Assembly (NCBI GenBank): GCA_963806225.1
Contig: CAWDXG010000004.1
Coordinates: forward strand, 5,184,001-5,248,000
Direction of reading: 5' to 3'
Origin: an uncultured delta proteobacterium
Lineage (GTDB): Bacteria > Myxococcota_A > Polyangia > Polyangiales > Polyangiaceae
DNA: 64,000 nt
Position numbers and translations under genes: made by a program. Numbering within the stretch: position 1 is the first letter of the stretch; each line of letters begins with the position of its first letter. The notes beneath the pieces are model-generated. The model was not told where the DNA came from. It ran no database searches and worked only from the letters and a program-made list of their open reading frames with translations. Of this stretch, positions 31,817-39,962 are shown piece after piece.

Positions 31817-32161
31817 CTATCGCCGGACTGGCGGCGGTGGTGGTCGGCTCGAGTAGCGCGCGCGCAACGTGTCGATCACGCCGCCCGCTTCCCGCCAGTC
31901 GCGCTGTATCGCGTCCTGGTGGTCGTAGTAGTACGCGAGGGCCGCGTGCACGTCGGCCAGCGTCAGGTGCGGGTGCGCTTCGATGATGTCGTCGGGCGTC
32001 ATCCCGAGGTGTTCCGTCTCGCTGGCGATCTGGGCCACCTTGATGTTCGTTCCGGCGACCACCGGCCGCGAGCCGGACTCGTCGATGTGCTCGGGCTCGA
32101 CCTCGGACAGCTCCACGAGCGGGAGGCTACCGTCAAGGCGCAGTGCCGGCAATGCGGTCAT
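31817..32161 (-). CDS. DUF433 antitoxin
   Basis: RPVVAGTNIKV...PHLTLADVHAALAYYYDH; directly upstream of DUF5615. Confidence 0.85.
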   Translation of the reverse strand: MTALPALRLDGSLPLVELSEVEPEHIDESGSRPVVAGTNIKVAQIASETEHLGMTPDDIIEAHPHLTLADVHAALAYYYDHQDAIQRDWREAGGVIDTLRARYSSRPPPPPVRR

Positions 32162-32225
32162 GGCCGTCGGTCCGTGCGCGAAGCCATCGCCGGAACCTTT
32201 CCGGGTCGCGGCGGTCAGTACTGAC

Positions 32226-34460
32226 GTGGCCCATCCGCAACCTGTCGTGTTTCCGCCGTTGCCGTTCATTGTCCTTGCGCTCGCCGCGAGCTGCGCGCCG
32301 GCTGCCGCGCCGCCTGCCCGTCCTCCCGCGGCCACTCCCGTCGCGTCGGCGAAGCCTCTGGCGAAGCCCACGCCGAAAGCCACGCCGCCCAGGCCAGCGC
32401 CGCCGAAAGTGACAACGGCGATGGCTGGCGAGCCGCCGACGCCGATGCTGGGCGAGGCGCGCCTGCAGGAGTCGAGCTGCAAGGACCTGGAGGCCATTGA
32501 CCGCGAGCGCGTTGCCGCGGAAATCCGCCAGATGCGCGCCGACGTGGACCGCTCCTACCGGGAGTGGGCCGCGGAGCAGCCCGGCTGCTGGCAGCAGTAT
32601 CGCTGGAAGGCGCGGCGTTGGTACGCGCCGCGGCGCATGGGTGACGCCTACGGATCCGGCAGCCTGGGATTGTCCGGCATCGGGTACGGCGGCGGCGGCG
32701 CGGGCACCGGCCAGGGCTTCGGCAGGGTCGGCCGGATCGGCGGCGCCACGGTCCGTCACGCCAGCGTTTCCAGAACCAACAACCAGGTCGCCGGCGTCGA
32801 CGAGGCCGACCTCGTCAAGTCGGATGGCCGCTACGTGTACCTGGCGACGAACGGCGCGCTCCGCATCGTCGAGGCGCTGAAGCCGCACCTGGTCTCGACG
32901 ACGCACGTGCCCGGCACAGCGCGCGAGCTCTTCGTCGAGGGCGACCGCGTGGTGGTGTACGCGTCGAGCTTGGGCGCCAGCAAGCGGTGCACCTACGGCT
33001 ACGACTGCCGCTTTGCGGGCGACGGGTCGTCGACGCGCATTGTGGTGTTCGACATCTCGAATCGCGCGGCGCCAAGAAAGGTGCGCGAGATCGACCTGTC
33101 CGGGTCGCTGATGGCGGCGCGCCGCATCGGCCACGCCGTACACACGGTGGTTGCCGACAACGACGGGCGAACCCGGAGCTGGAGCGGCTGGCCCGCCGGT
33201 CTGCCGACGTGCGGCACGGTCCAGTCGGTGGTGCGGGCGAAGTTCGCGCGGCTGAAGCGCGAGAACGAGCGCCGGATCCGCGCGCACCACATGGGCGTGC
33301 CGACAATCGTCGACGCAGGATCGAAGCGGCGCCTGTGCGGCAAGCTCCTGAAAACGGCCTTCCGCGACGGCGAGGCGTTCACGACGCTGGTGTCCTTCGA
33401 CATGACCGACGACGAGACGGCGGCGACGACCACCACCATCCAGAGCCGCCCCGGTGCGGTCTTCGCGTCGCGCGACGCGCTGTATCTGGCCGTGGACCAC
33501 CGTCACGCCCGCGGCGGCTGGTACTCGTTCTACCCGACGCTCGACGAGGCCACGGAGGTGCACAAGTTCCGCATCGGCGAGAGCCCGGGCGCGACGCACT
33601 ACGTGGGCAGCGGCGTGGTGCCCGGTCACGTGCTCAACCAGTTCGCCATGGATCAGTGGTACGGCTACCTGCGCATCGCGACCACGCGCGGTCGCGTGCC
33701 CAACCCGAAGGCGGAGAGCGCAGTCTCGATTCTGGCGGAGGGCCAGGGCGGAAATCTCGTGCGTGTCGGGGCCGTGGGCAGGATCGCTCCGGGCGAGGAC
33801 ATCCGCGCCGTCCGCTTCGACGGCGACCGCGGCTACGTCGTGACCTTCAAGAAGACCGATCCCCTGTACGTGCTGGACCTCTACCAGCCCGCGCATCCCG
33901 CCATCCTCGGCAAGCTGGAGATCCCGGGTTTCTCCACCTATCTGCACCGCATCGACCCCGATCATCTGCTGGCCATCGGACTCGACGCGAACGACCACGG
34001 AAGCTTCGCCTACTTCGACGGCGTCATCCTGCAGCTCTTCGACGTGAAGAACCCCACCGAGCCCAGGCTGATGTTCCGCGAGAAGATCGGTACGCGCGGC
34101 TCGAGCTCCGCGGCGCTGACGGACCACCTGGCGTTCAACTACTTCGCCGAGAAAGGCTTGCTCGCGATCCCCATGACGATCTGCAAGGGCGGAAGCGACG
34201 GCCAGAACGGTACCGATCTGACGTTCAGCGGGCTGCTCGTCTACCGGGTCGATCTGGAGAGCGGCTTTCAGCGCCTCGGCGGAATCGACCATGGCAAGCG
34301 CGGCGTGAGCTGCAGCACGTGGTGGTCGAACGCGACCTCCACCGTGAAGCGGAGTCTCTTCGTCGATGATCTTGTCTACTCGATCGCTCCCGGTCGCCTG
34401 AAGGTCCAGCGGCTCGGCCACTTCGGCAAGGATGTCGCGGACATCACGCTGGCGCACTGA
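32226..34460 (+). CDS. Secreted beta-propeller domain lipoprotein (start uncertain)
   Basis: TNNQVAGVDEADLVKSDG, LNQFAMD, LRIATT, VTFKKTDPL, IPGFSTYLH. Confidence 0.88.
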   Translation: MAHPQPVVFPPLPFIVLALAASCAPAAAPPARPPAATPVASAKPLAKPTPKATPPRPAPPKVTTAMAGEPPTPMLGEARLQESSCKDLEAIDRERVAAEIRQMRADVDRSYREWAAEQPGCWQQYRWKARRWYAPRRMGDAYGSGSLGLSGIGYGGGGAGTGQGFGRVGRIGGATVRHASVSRTNNQVAGVDEADLVKSDGRYVYLATNGALRIVEALKPHLVSTTHVPGTARELFVEGDRVVVYASSLGASKRCTYGYDCRFAGDGSSTRIVVFDISNRAAPRKVREIDLSGSLMAARRIGHAVHTVVADNDGRTRSWSGWPAGLPTCGTVQSVVRAKFARLKRENERRIRAHHMGVPTIVDAGSKRRLCGKLLKTAFRDGEAFTTLVSFDMTDDETAATTTTIQSRPGAVFASRDALYLAVDHRHARGGWYSFYPTLDEATEVHKFRIGESPGATHYVGSGVVPGHVLNQFAMDQWYGYLRIATTRGRVPNPKAESAVSILAEGQGGNLVRVGAVGRIAPGEDIRAVRFDGDRGYVVTFKKTDPLYVLDLYQPAHPAILGKLEIPGFSTYLHRIDPDHLLAIGLDANDHGSFAYFDGVILQLFDVKNPTEPRLMFREKIGTRGSSSAALTDHLAFNYFAEKGLLAIPMTICKGGSDGQNGTDLTFSGLLVYRVDLESGFQRLGGIDHGKRGVSCSTWWSNATSTVKRSLFVDDLVYSIAPGRLKVQRLGHFGKDVADITLAH

Positions 34461-34511
34461 ATCGGGTCGGCGTCGGGGAAGGATCTCCGGCGGGCTACGT
34501 ACGACGCTGCC

Positions 34512-34742
34512 ATGGAGGGACTCGACGTGAGGCAGGCGGAACTGCAGCGTTCGCTGAACAGGGTGGTTCTGGTCGTGGGGGTGCTCGCGGCGTTCGCGTG
34601 CGCCGTGGTGTCGGCGGCTTCGGGCGGCTTCGGCGGTGCGGCGCTGGCCGGCCTCTTCGTGCTGCTGCTGGTGCTCGTGGCTGGGGGATTCGCGGCCGGC
34701 TTTGCGGTCAGGGCGCTTTCGCCGCACCCGGGAAAGCGCTGA
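34512..34742 (+). CDS. Small two-TM membrane protein
   Basis: Two hydrophobic segments; fills the intergenic gap. Confidence 0.5.
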   Translation: MEGLDVRQAELQRSLNRVVLVVGVLAAFACAVVSAASGGFGGAALAGLFVLLLVLVAGGFAAGFAVRALSPHPGKR

Positions 34743-34805
34743 ACCCCCGTTCCGGGTGCCCGCCGGGCGGTCTATGCTCGCCTCCCACGCGCGAGGAGGC
34801 ACGAC

Positions 34806-35414
34806 GTGACCGAGTCCATCACGCTCTACGGTTTTGGCGACAACGATCGCAGCGGCAAGGTGCGCTGGGTGGCGGCCGAGCTCGGCCTGGAGGTGGAAGA
34901 GCGCAGGCTGACGCCGGGCGAGCACCGCAAGAGTCCGTACGCGGACTTGAACCCGCTGTTGCAGATCCCGACGGCGGAGTTCCGCGGCGAGACACTGCTC
35001 GAGAGCACGGCCATCTGCCAGGTGCTGGCCGAGGCGTTCGACGAGCCGAAGCTGTGGATCGGACCGCGCGAGCCCGGGCGGAAGGAGTACCTGTTCTGGC
35101 TGGCGGCCTTCGGCGAAACGCTCGAGGGCCGGTTGGTCGAGTCTGCTGTCAGTCGCGCCGGGATCCTTCCGCCGGAGCACTTCTCGCTGCACGAAAAGCC
35201 CCTGCGCTTCAAGCTCCGCGCGCTCTCGAAGATGCTACCGGCGGCCGGCTACCTGTGCGGAGAGCGGTTCACCGTCGCCGATGTGCTTGCCGGCTACAGC
35301 CTGCGCCTGGCGCTCGCTGTTGGCCTCGTCGAGCGCGACGCGATCGAGCCGTATTTCGGTCGCCTTGTTGCGCGTGACGCCGCACGCACGGCCCGCGTGT
35401 TCACGGGGCTGTGA
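34806..35414 (+). CDS. Glutathione S-transferase family protein
   Basis: LNPLLQIPT, LLESTAI, YLCGERFTVADV. Confidence 0.88.
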   Translation: MTESITLYGFGDNDRSGKVRWVAAELGLEVEERRLTPGEHRKSPYADLNPLLQIPTAEFRGETLLESTAICQVLAEAFDEPKLWIGPREPGRKEYLFWLAAFGETLEGRLVESAVSRAGILPPEHFSLHEKPLRFKLRALSKMLPAAGYLCGERFTVADVLAGYSLRLALAVGLVERDAIEPYFGRLVARDAARTARVFTGL

Positions 35415-35493
35415 TCGCGCTTCGCGCGAACAAGAGGCAGGAGGGTCGGCCGCTCTCCGTCGGCGCTGCCGCGTCGCGTGCTAGAGTCGTGGC

Positions 35494-35886
35494 ATGTCAG
35501 ACTTCACTTCTGGGCGGCCGGCAGCGAGCCGGGCCCTGGCTCTTGCGGCGCAGGGCGGCCTTCTGTTGCTCGCTCAGGCGGGGTGCGTGGCGAAGACGGA
35601 CAGCGCCGCGCAGGCGAAGCAGGATGCGGGTTCAGTGGCGGACGGCGCCACCTGCGCGCCGGACGGCGGTGTCGTCACGTCCGCGAAAGTCGTGTCCGAC
35701 ATGACCCTCGCGAAATTCACCACGGAGTGCGACGGGCGGGGCGGCAGCGTGGAGATCCACCCGCACTGCGGCGGCGCGAACACCTGCGCCGGGATGTCCT
35801 ACGACGAAGGCAACCACATGCTTACCGAGCACACCTGCAGGGGCGTCAACACCTGCGCCGGCTACAGCTGCGTCATTCCTTGCTGA
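35494..35886 (+). CDS. Cys/His-rich lipoprotein-like protein, putative MNIO substrate A1
   Basis: Hydrophobic leader ending QAGC; domain HCGGANTCAGMSYD...EHTCRGVNTCAGYSC. Confidence 0.8.
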   Translation: MSDFTSGRPAASRALALAAQGGLLLLAQAGCVAKTDSAAQAKQDAGSVADGATCAPDGGVVTSAKVVSDMTLAKFTTECDGRGGSVEIHPHCGGANTCAGMSYDEGNHMLTEHTCRGVNTCAGYSCVIPC

Positions 35887-35945
35887 GGTTGCTGCGAATA
35901 CACCGGGTTGCCCTGGGCGGGCGCCCGCGCTAGGGCCCGGGGTTC

Positions 35946-37142
35946 ATGGCGGAGGACGTTCCCGAGCCCGGGGCCGCCGGACACGGCGAGGAGCCCTTGC
36001 CGGAAGCCGGCAGCGTGGACGACGCCCTGCCGGAAGCCGGCAGCGTGGACGACGCCCTGCCGGAAGCCGGCAGCGTGGACGACGCCCTGCCGGAAGCCGG
36101 CAGCGTGGACGACGCCGATGGCGTGGAGGGAGCCCCGGCGGACGCCGGTGCGGCCGATGAAGTAGAGCCCGACGCAGCGGAACAAGGAGCCTCCCCAGCC
36201 GAGGGCGAAGCCGTACCGGCTGCGCCGGCGCTGCGCGCCCCGGCGCGCCCCTCGCGGCGCACGCTCGTTCTGTCCGCGGCGCTCGTCGCCATCATCGGGG
36301 TCATTTTCGTCGACGTGGTCGTGATCGTGAAGGGTGCGAAGAAAGGCGATCGGCCTGTCCAGAGCGTTGCCCGCGCCGTTTCGTCGGCCCCGCCGCCTTC
36401 GAGCGCCGCGCCGCCTTCGAGCGCCGCGGCGTTCGCGATGAAGCCGGTCGATGCGGGGCTCTTCCTCGACTACGACGACGGCGAACAGCCCCACGACACG
36501 ACGCCCGAGCACCACGCGCACTACAAGACGGTGCAGCAGGCAGCGAACCGCACCTGTTCCACCAAGAGCGTGGACGGCTTGAGCCGGCAGATCATCCGCC
36601 AATCCCGCTGTTTCGACAGGAGCGCGTTCGTGCCGGTGCCACGGCGGCCGAACCTGAAGATCAAGTCGAACGTGTACCTGTATCTGGAGGCGCCCGCGCG
36701 CCGGCACCTGCTGAACGCGCTCGACGCCCATCGCAACAAGACGATGGTCGTGAACAGCGCGCTCAGGACGGTCGCGCAGCAGTACGTTCTGCAGCAGTGG
36801 TACCGGAACAAGCGCTGCGGGATCACGCTCGCGGCATTGCCCGGCGAAAGCAACCACGAGACCGGGCTTGCGCTCGACATCGCGCACGCGTCGAGTTGGC
36901 GTCCCGCGCTCGAGGCGCAGCAGTTCCACTGGCTCGGCAAGATCGATGGGATGCACTTCGACTACAAGGGGCCGGGCGCGGCCACCGGCATCCACGCCGA
37001 CGTGAAGGCCTTCCAGCAGCTGTGGAACGAAAACCACCCCAAGGACAGGATCCCCGATAGCGGCCGCTACACCCCGGCGACGGAAGAGCGGTTGAAGAAA
37101 TCTCCCGCCGCGGGTTTCCCCCGCGGACCGCACTGCGGATGA
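35946..37142 (+). CDS. Membrane-anchored M15-family Zn peptidase (D-Ala-D-Ala carboxypeptidase-like)
   Basis: SALRTVAQQ, SNHETGLALD (SxHxxGxAxD), DGMHFDY; one TM segment; acidic repeat N-terminus. Confidence 0.82.
   Translation: MAEDVPEPGAAGHGEEPLPEAGSVDDALPEAGSVDDALPEAGSVDDALPEAGSVDDADGVEGAPADAGAADEVEPDAAEQGASPAEGEAVPAAPALRAPARPSRRTLVLSAALVAIIGVIFVDVVVIVKGAKKGDRPVQSVARAVSSAPPPSSAAPPSSAAAFAMKPVDAGLFLDYDDGEQPHDTTPEHHAHYKTVQQAANRTCSTKSVDGLSRQIIRQSRCFDRSAFVPVPRRPNLKIKSNVYLYLEAPARRHLLNALDAHRNKTMVVNSALRTVAQQYVLQQWYRNKRCGITLAALPGESNHETGLALDIAHASSWRPALEAQQFHWLGKIDGMHFDYKGPGAATGIHADVKAFQQLWNENHPKDRIPDSGRYTPATEERLKKSPAAGFPRGPHCG
35998..36116. repeat. 30-bp coding tandem repeat, about 4 copies (LPEAGSVDDA)
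   Basis: TGCCGGAAGCCGGCAGCGTGGACGACGCCC head-to-tail. Confidence 0.9.
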
Positions 37143-37173
37143 CGGTCGTCAAGTCCGTGCTATGCTCGCGCGG

Positions 37174-37518
37174 ATGTCCGGCTTTTCTTGCGAGAGCGGC
37201 CCGAAGAGGGCCGTGGCCAGCCGCGCTCTGCTCGCTGCGGCAGTGAGCGGCCTGATGTGCCTCGGACTGGCAGCGTGCGGCTCCAGCGCCAGTCCGGGTG
37301 GCGTCGTCACCTCCTCGAAGGTCGTGTCCGACATGACCCTCCAGAAGTTCACCCAGATGTGCGACGACCGCAGCGGCACGGTGGAGATCAATCCCCATTG
37401 CGGCGGCTCCAACTCCTGCAAAGGCATGTCGTACGACGAGGGCACGCAGACCCTCACCGAGCACACGTGCAAGGCGACGAATACCTGCGCCGGTTACAGC
37501 TGCATCCTTCCTTCATAG
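37174..37518 (+). CDS. Cys/His-rich lipoprotein, putative MNIO substrate A2
   Basis: ALLAAAVSGL...LAAC lipobox; HCGGSNSCKGMSYD...EHTCKATNTCAGYSC. Start 37174 preferred over 37162 because TGnTATGCT lies 7 nt upstream. Confidence 0.82.
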   Translation: MSGFSCESGPKRAVASRALLAAAVSGLMCLGLAACGSSASPGGVVTSSKVVSDMTLQKFTQMCDDRSGTVEINPHCGGSNSCKGMSYDEGTQTLTEHTCKATNTCAGYSCILPS

Positions 37519-37525
37519 GTCCATC

Positions 37526-38176
37526 ATGTCCGATAGCTCCTCCGATCTCCCCCGCACGACCCTCGCTGCGAGCCATGCGCTCCTGTCCGCCGCGCTCGGT
37601 GGTCTCTTGTGCCTTGGAACAGCATGCAGCTCGAGCAACACGGCCCATCCCGGTCCCGCCTCGACGGGTGGAACCGGCGGCGCGTCGACGGGCGGAACCG
37701 GCGGCAGCGGGATGGGAGGAAGCGGCGGAACGGGGGGCAGCGCGACGGGTGGAACCGGCGGCAGCGCGATGGGTGGAACCGGCGGCAGCGCGACGGGCGG
37801 AACCGGCGGCAGCGCGACGGGTGGAACCGGCGGCGCCACGGACGCCGGCTCCGACGCCTCGGCCTCGGACGCAGCGCCCGAGGCATCTGCCTCCGACGCT
37901 GCCAGTGATTCAGCGACGGACGCAGCGGCGTTCGTGTACTGCACCAACGCTCCGGACGCCGGCACGATCACGTCCACGAAGATCCAGGTCATGACCGAGG
38001 CCGAGTTCCAGACCGAGTGCAGCTCGCGCGGCGGCACGTTCGAGATCATGCCCCACTGCGGCGGCTACAACTCCTGCATGGGCATGTCCTACGACACGGG
38101 TACGCAGACGCTGACCGAGCACACCTGCAGGGGCCTCAACACCTGCGCCGGCTACAGCTGCGTCATCTGCAACTGA
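37526..38176 (+). CDS. Cys/His-rich lipoprotein with long Gly/Thr linker, putative MNIO substrate A3
   Basis: ALLSAALGGL...GTAC; GGTGGSAT repeats; HCGGYNSCMGMSYD...EHTCRGLNTCAGYSC. Confidence 0.82.
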   Translation: MSDSSSDLPRTTLAASHALLSAALGGLLCLGTACSSSNTAHPGPASTGGTGGASTGGTGGSGMGGSGGTGGSATGGTGGSAMGGTGGSATGGTGGSATGGTGGATDAGSDASASDAAPEASASDAASDSATDAAAFVYCTNAPDAGTITSTKIQVMTEAEFQTECSSRGGTFEIMPHCGGYNSCMGMSYDTGTQTLTEHTCRGLNTCAGYSCVICN

Positions 38177-38188
38177 CGCCGCCTCGGC

Positions 38189-39070
38189 TCACTCCGCTCC
38201 CGCTAGCCCGGTCCAGAAATCGAGCTCCACGCTGCGCGCGAGCCAGTGCTGCGCGCGGCCGGGCAGCTCGGCGCGCTCGTCCTCGGCACAGGCCGCCTCC
38301 AGCCGCGCCAGAGCGTCCGCGACCGTGTGCCGCTGGAGCAACTTGAAGAGCTGGGCTTCGCGCGGTTCGAGCGGGAGCTGACCGATGCCTTCCGGGCGGC
38401 GGACCAGGGCCCACGCCCTTTTCTGCTCGAGGCGTGCTGGCAGAAGGACGGGCGCTTCGCCGGGATCGCTCGTGACCTCGCGACGGAGCTCGACGAGTGG
38501 CCAGTGTTCCTCCACGACGGCGACTGCCGGTGATGGAACGAGCCGCGATTCGAGCAGGCGCCCGGCGTCGCTCGCCGAGGGGCGGTACGATGCGGTGGCC
38601 GGCGCGGCGAAGACGCGGCGCCACGCGGCGTCGAGCCGAGCCGCCTGCACCATCGCCTCGCGCTCGACTTGCCGTGAGGCGTTGAGCTCGACGTTGCCGT
38701 CCAGCGTTTCCTCGAGGAAGATCTCGAATCCGTCCGGTGCGCCATCGAGGTCCCAGCCGCGCGGCGGACTCGCGAGCAGGAAGCGCGCGGCGTAGTCGTT
38801 GAAGCGCCAATGACCGACGAGCCGCGTAGTCAGTGGGAACGCCGTGTGCATTACGCTGAACAGCCGGAACCAGTACTGCCGGTTGTACACGGCGAGACGT
38901 TCCGCGGCTGTCGCCGCCGGGCCGTCCGCAGCTTCTTCGAGCAGGCGCGGGTCGTACTCCGACGGCGTCGCAGTGAGCGTGCCGGTCTCGCGATCGAGCG
39001 GCGTGCGGATCATCGCGCTGAAGCGTGCCTCGAGTTCCGCGAGCCAGGCGGGGCCGGACAGCGGCGTCAC
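38189..39070 (-). CDS. DUF2063-family MNIO partner protein (BufC/HvfC-like)
   Basis: ERLAVYNRQYWFRL...FPLT...ARLDAAW; GTGA overlap with the DUF692 stop. Confidence 0.85.
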   Translation of the reverse strand: MTPLSGPAWLAELEARFSAMIRTPLDRETGTLTATPSEYDPRLLEEAADGPAATAAERLAVYNRQYWFRLFSVMHTAFPLTTRLVGHWRFNDYAARFLLASPPRGWDLDGAPDGFEIFLEETLDGNVELNASRQVEREAMVQAARLDAAWRRVFAAPATASYRPSASDAGRLLESRLVPSPAVAVVEEHWPLVELRREVTSDPGEAPVLLPARLEQKRAWALVRRPEGIGQLPLEPREAQLFKLLQRHTVADALARLEAACAEDERAELPGRAQHWLARSVELDFWTGLAGAE

Positions 39071-39915
39071 GCGCGCACCTGGCTGGCCTTGTCGAGCTCG
39101 GCGAGCACGTCCGGCATCGGCGGGATACGCGCATCCCACTCCAGCAGCGTCGGGAACGGGCCGCCCATCTGCCACGCCTGCCGGTACAGCGCCCACACTG
39201 CGTCGGAGACCGGGTGGTCGTGCGTGTCGACCAGGGTGCCGTTCGGCTCGCGCGAGTATCCGGCCAGGTGCAGCTGCAGCACGCGCGAGAAATCGATCGC
39301 GCCGAGGTACGCCTCCGGGTCGAATCCGTGGTTCACGCTGGAGACGTAGATGTTGTTCACGTCCAGCATGAACGAACAGCCCGCCTCGCGGACGACTGCC
39401 GTGTAGAACTCCCACTCGGTCATTGTGGAGGCCTTGAACTCGACGTAGCTGGACAGGTTCTCGAGCCCGAAGGGCCGCCCCAGCCTCTGCTGCACCTCGT
39501 GCGCGCGTTCCGCCGCGAGGTCGACCAGATCGGCGGTGTAGGGCGCCGGCAGAAGGTCGTGATGCGACATGCCGTGCGCTCCCGTCCAGCACAGGTGATC
39601 GCTGACGAATGGTGCATCGACGTGGTCGGCGAGGCGGCACAGGGCGTCCAGATAGGCCTCGTCGAGCGGCGCATGCCCGAGCAGATTCAGCCCCACGCCG
39701 TGCAGCACCACGGGATACCGCCCGCGTAGCCGCTCGAGCTTGTCCCGCGGTCCCTGCGACTCCCCCAGGAAGTTCTCGCTGATGATCTCGAAATACCCGA
39801 CCTCGGGCCAGTGCTCGAACAGGTACGGATAGTGCGACAGCCGTAGCCCGAGCCCCAGTGCGTCCCTAGGCAGCGCCTTGACGCCCGGCTGGGGCTGTTT
39901 TTGCGGCGGATCCAC
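39067..39915 (-). CDS. DUF692 multinuclear non-heme iron oxidative enzyme (MNIO)
   Basis: GLGLR, FEIISENF, LHGVGL, SDHLCW, HDLLP, LENLSSY, LDVNNIYV, HLAG, DTHDHPV, LLEWD. Confidence 0.95.
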   Translation of the reverse strand: MDPPQKQPQPGVKALPRDALGLGLRLSHYPYLFEHWPEVGYFEIISENFLGESQGPRDKLERLRGRYPVVLHGVGLNLLGHAPLDEAYLDALCRLADHVDAPFVSDHLCWTGAHGMSHHDLLPAPYTADLVDLAAERAHEVQQRLGRPFGLENLSSYVEFKASTMTEWEFYTAVVREAGCSFMLDVNNIYVSSVNHGFDPEAYLGAIDFSRVLQLHLAGYSREPNGTLVDTHDHPVSDAVWALYRQAWQMGGPFPTLLEWDARIPPMPDVLAELDKASQVRA

Positions 39916-39962
39916 GTACGGAGGCTAGCCCGCGGGCAAGCGGGTAGCAATGTTGGCTGCGG

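Noticed and set aside
32133..35192. 1019-aa minus-strand ORF and many other long antisense ORFs
   Set aside because: Shadow frames of motif-bearing genes in high-GC DNA; Arg/Ala/Pro-rich with no recognisable motifs.
35998..36116. 30-bp direct repeats as a possible CRISPR array
   Set aside because: Head-to-tail with no spacers, in frame within a CDS, and no cas genes nearby.
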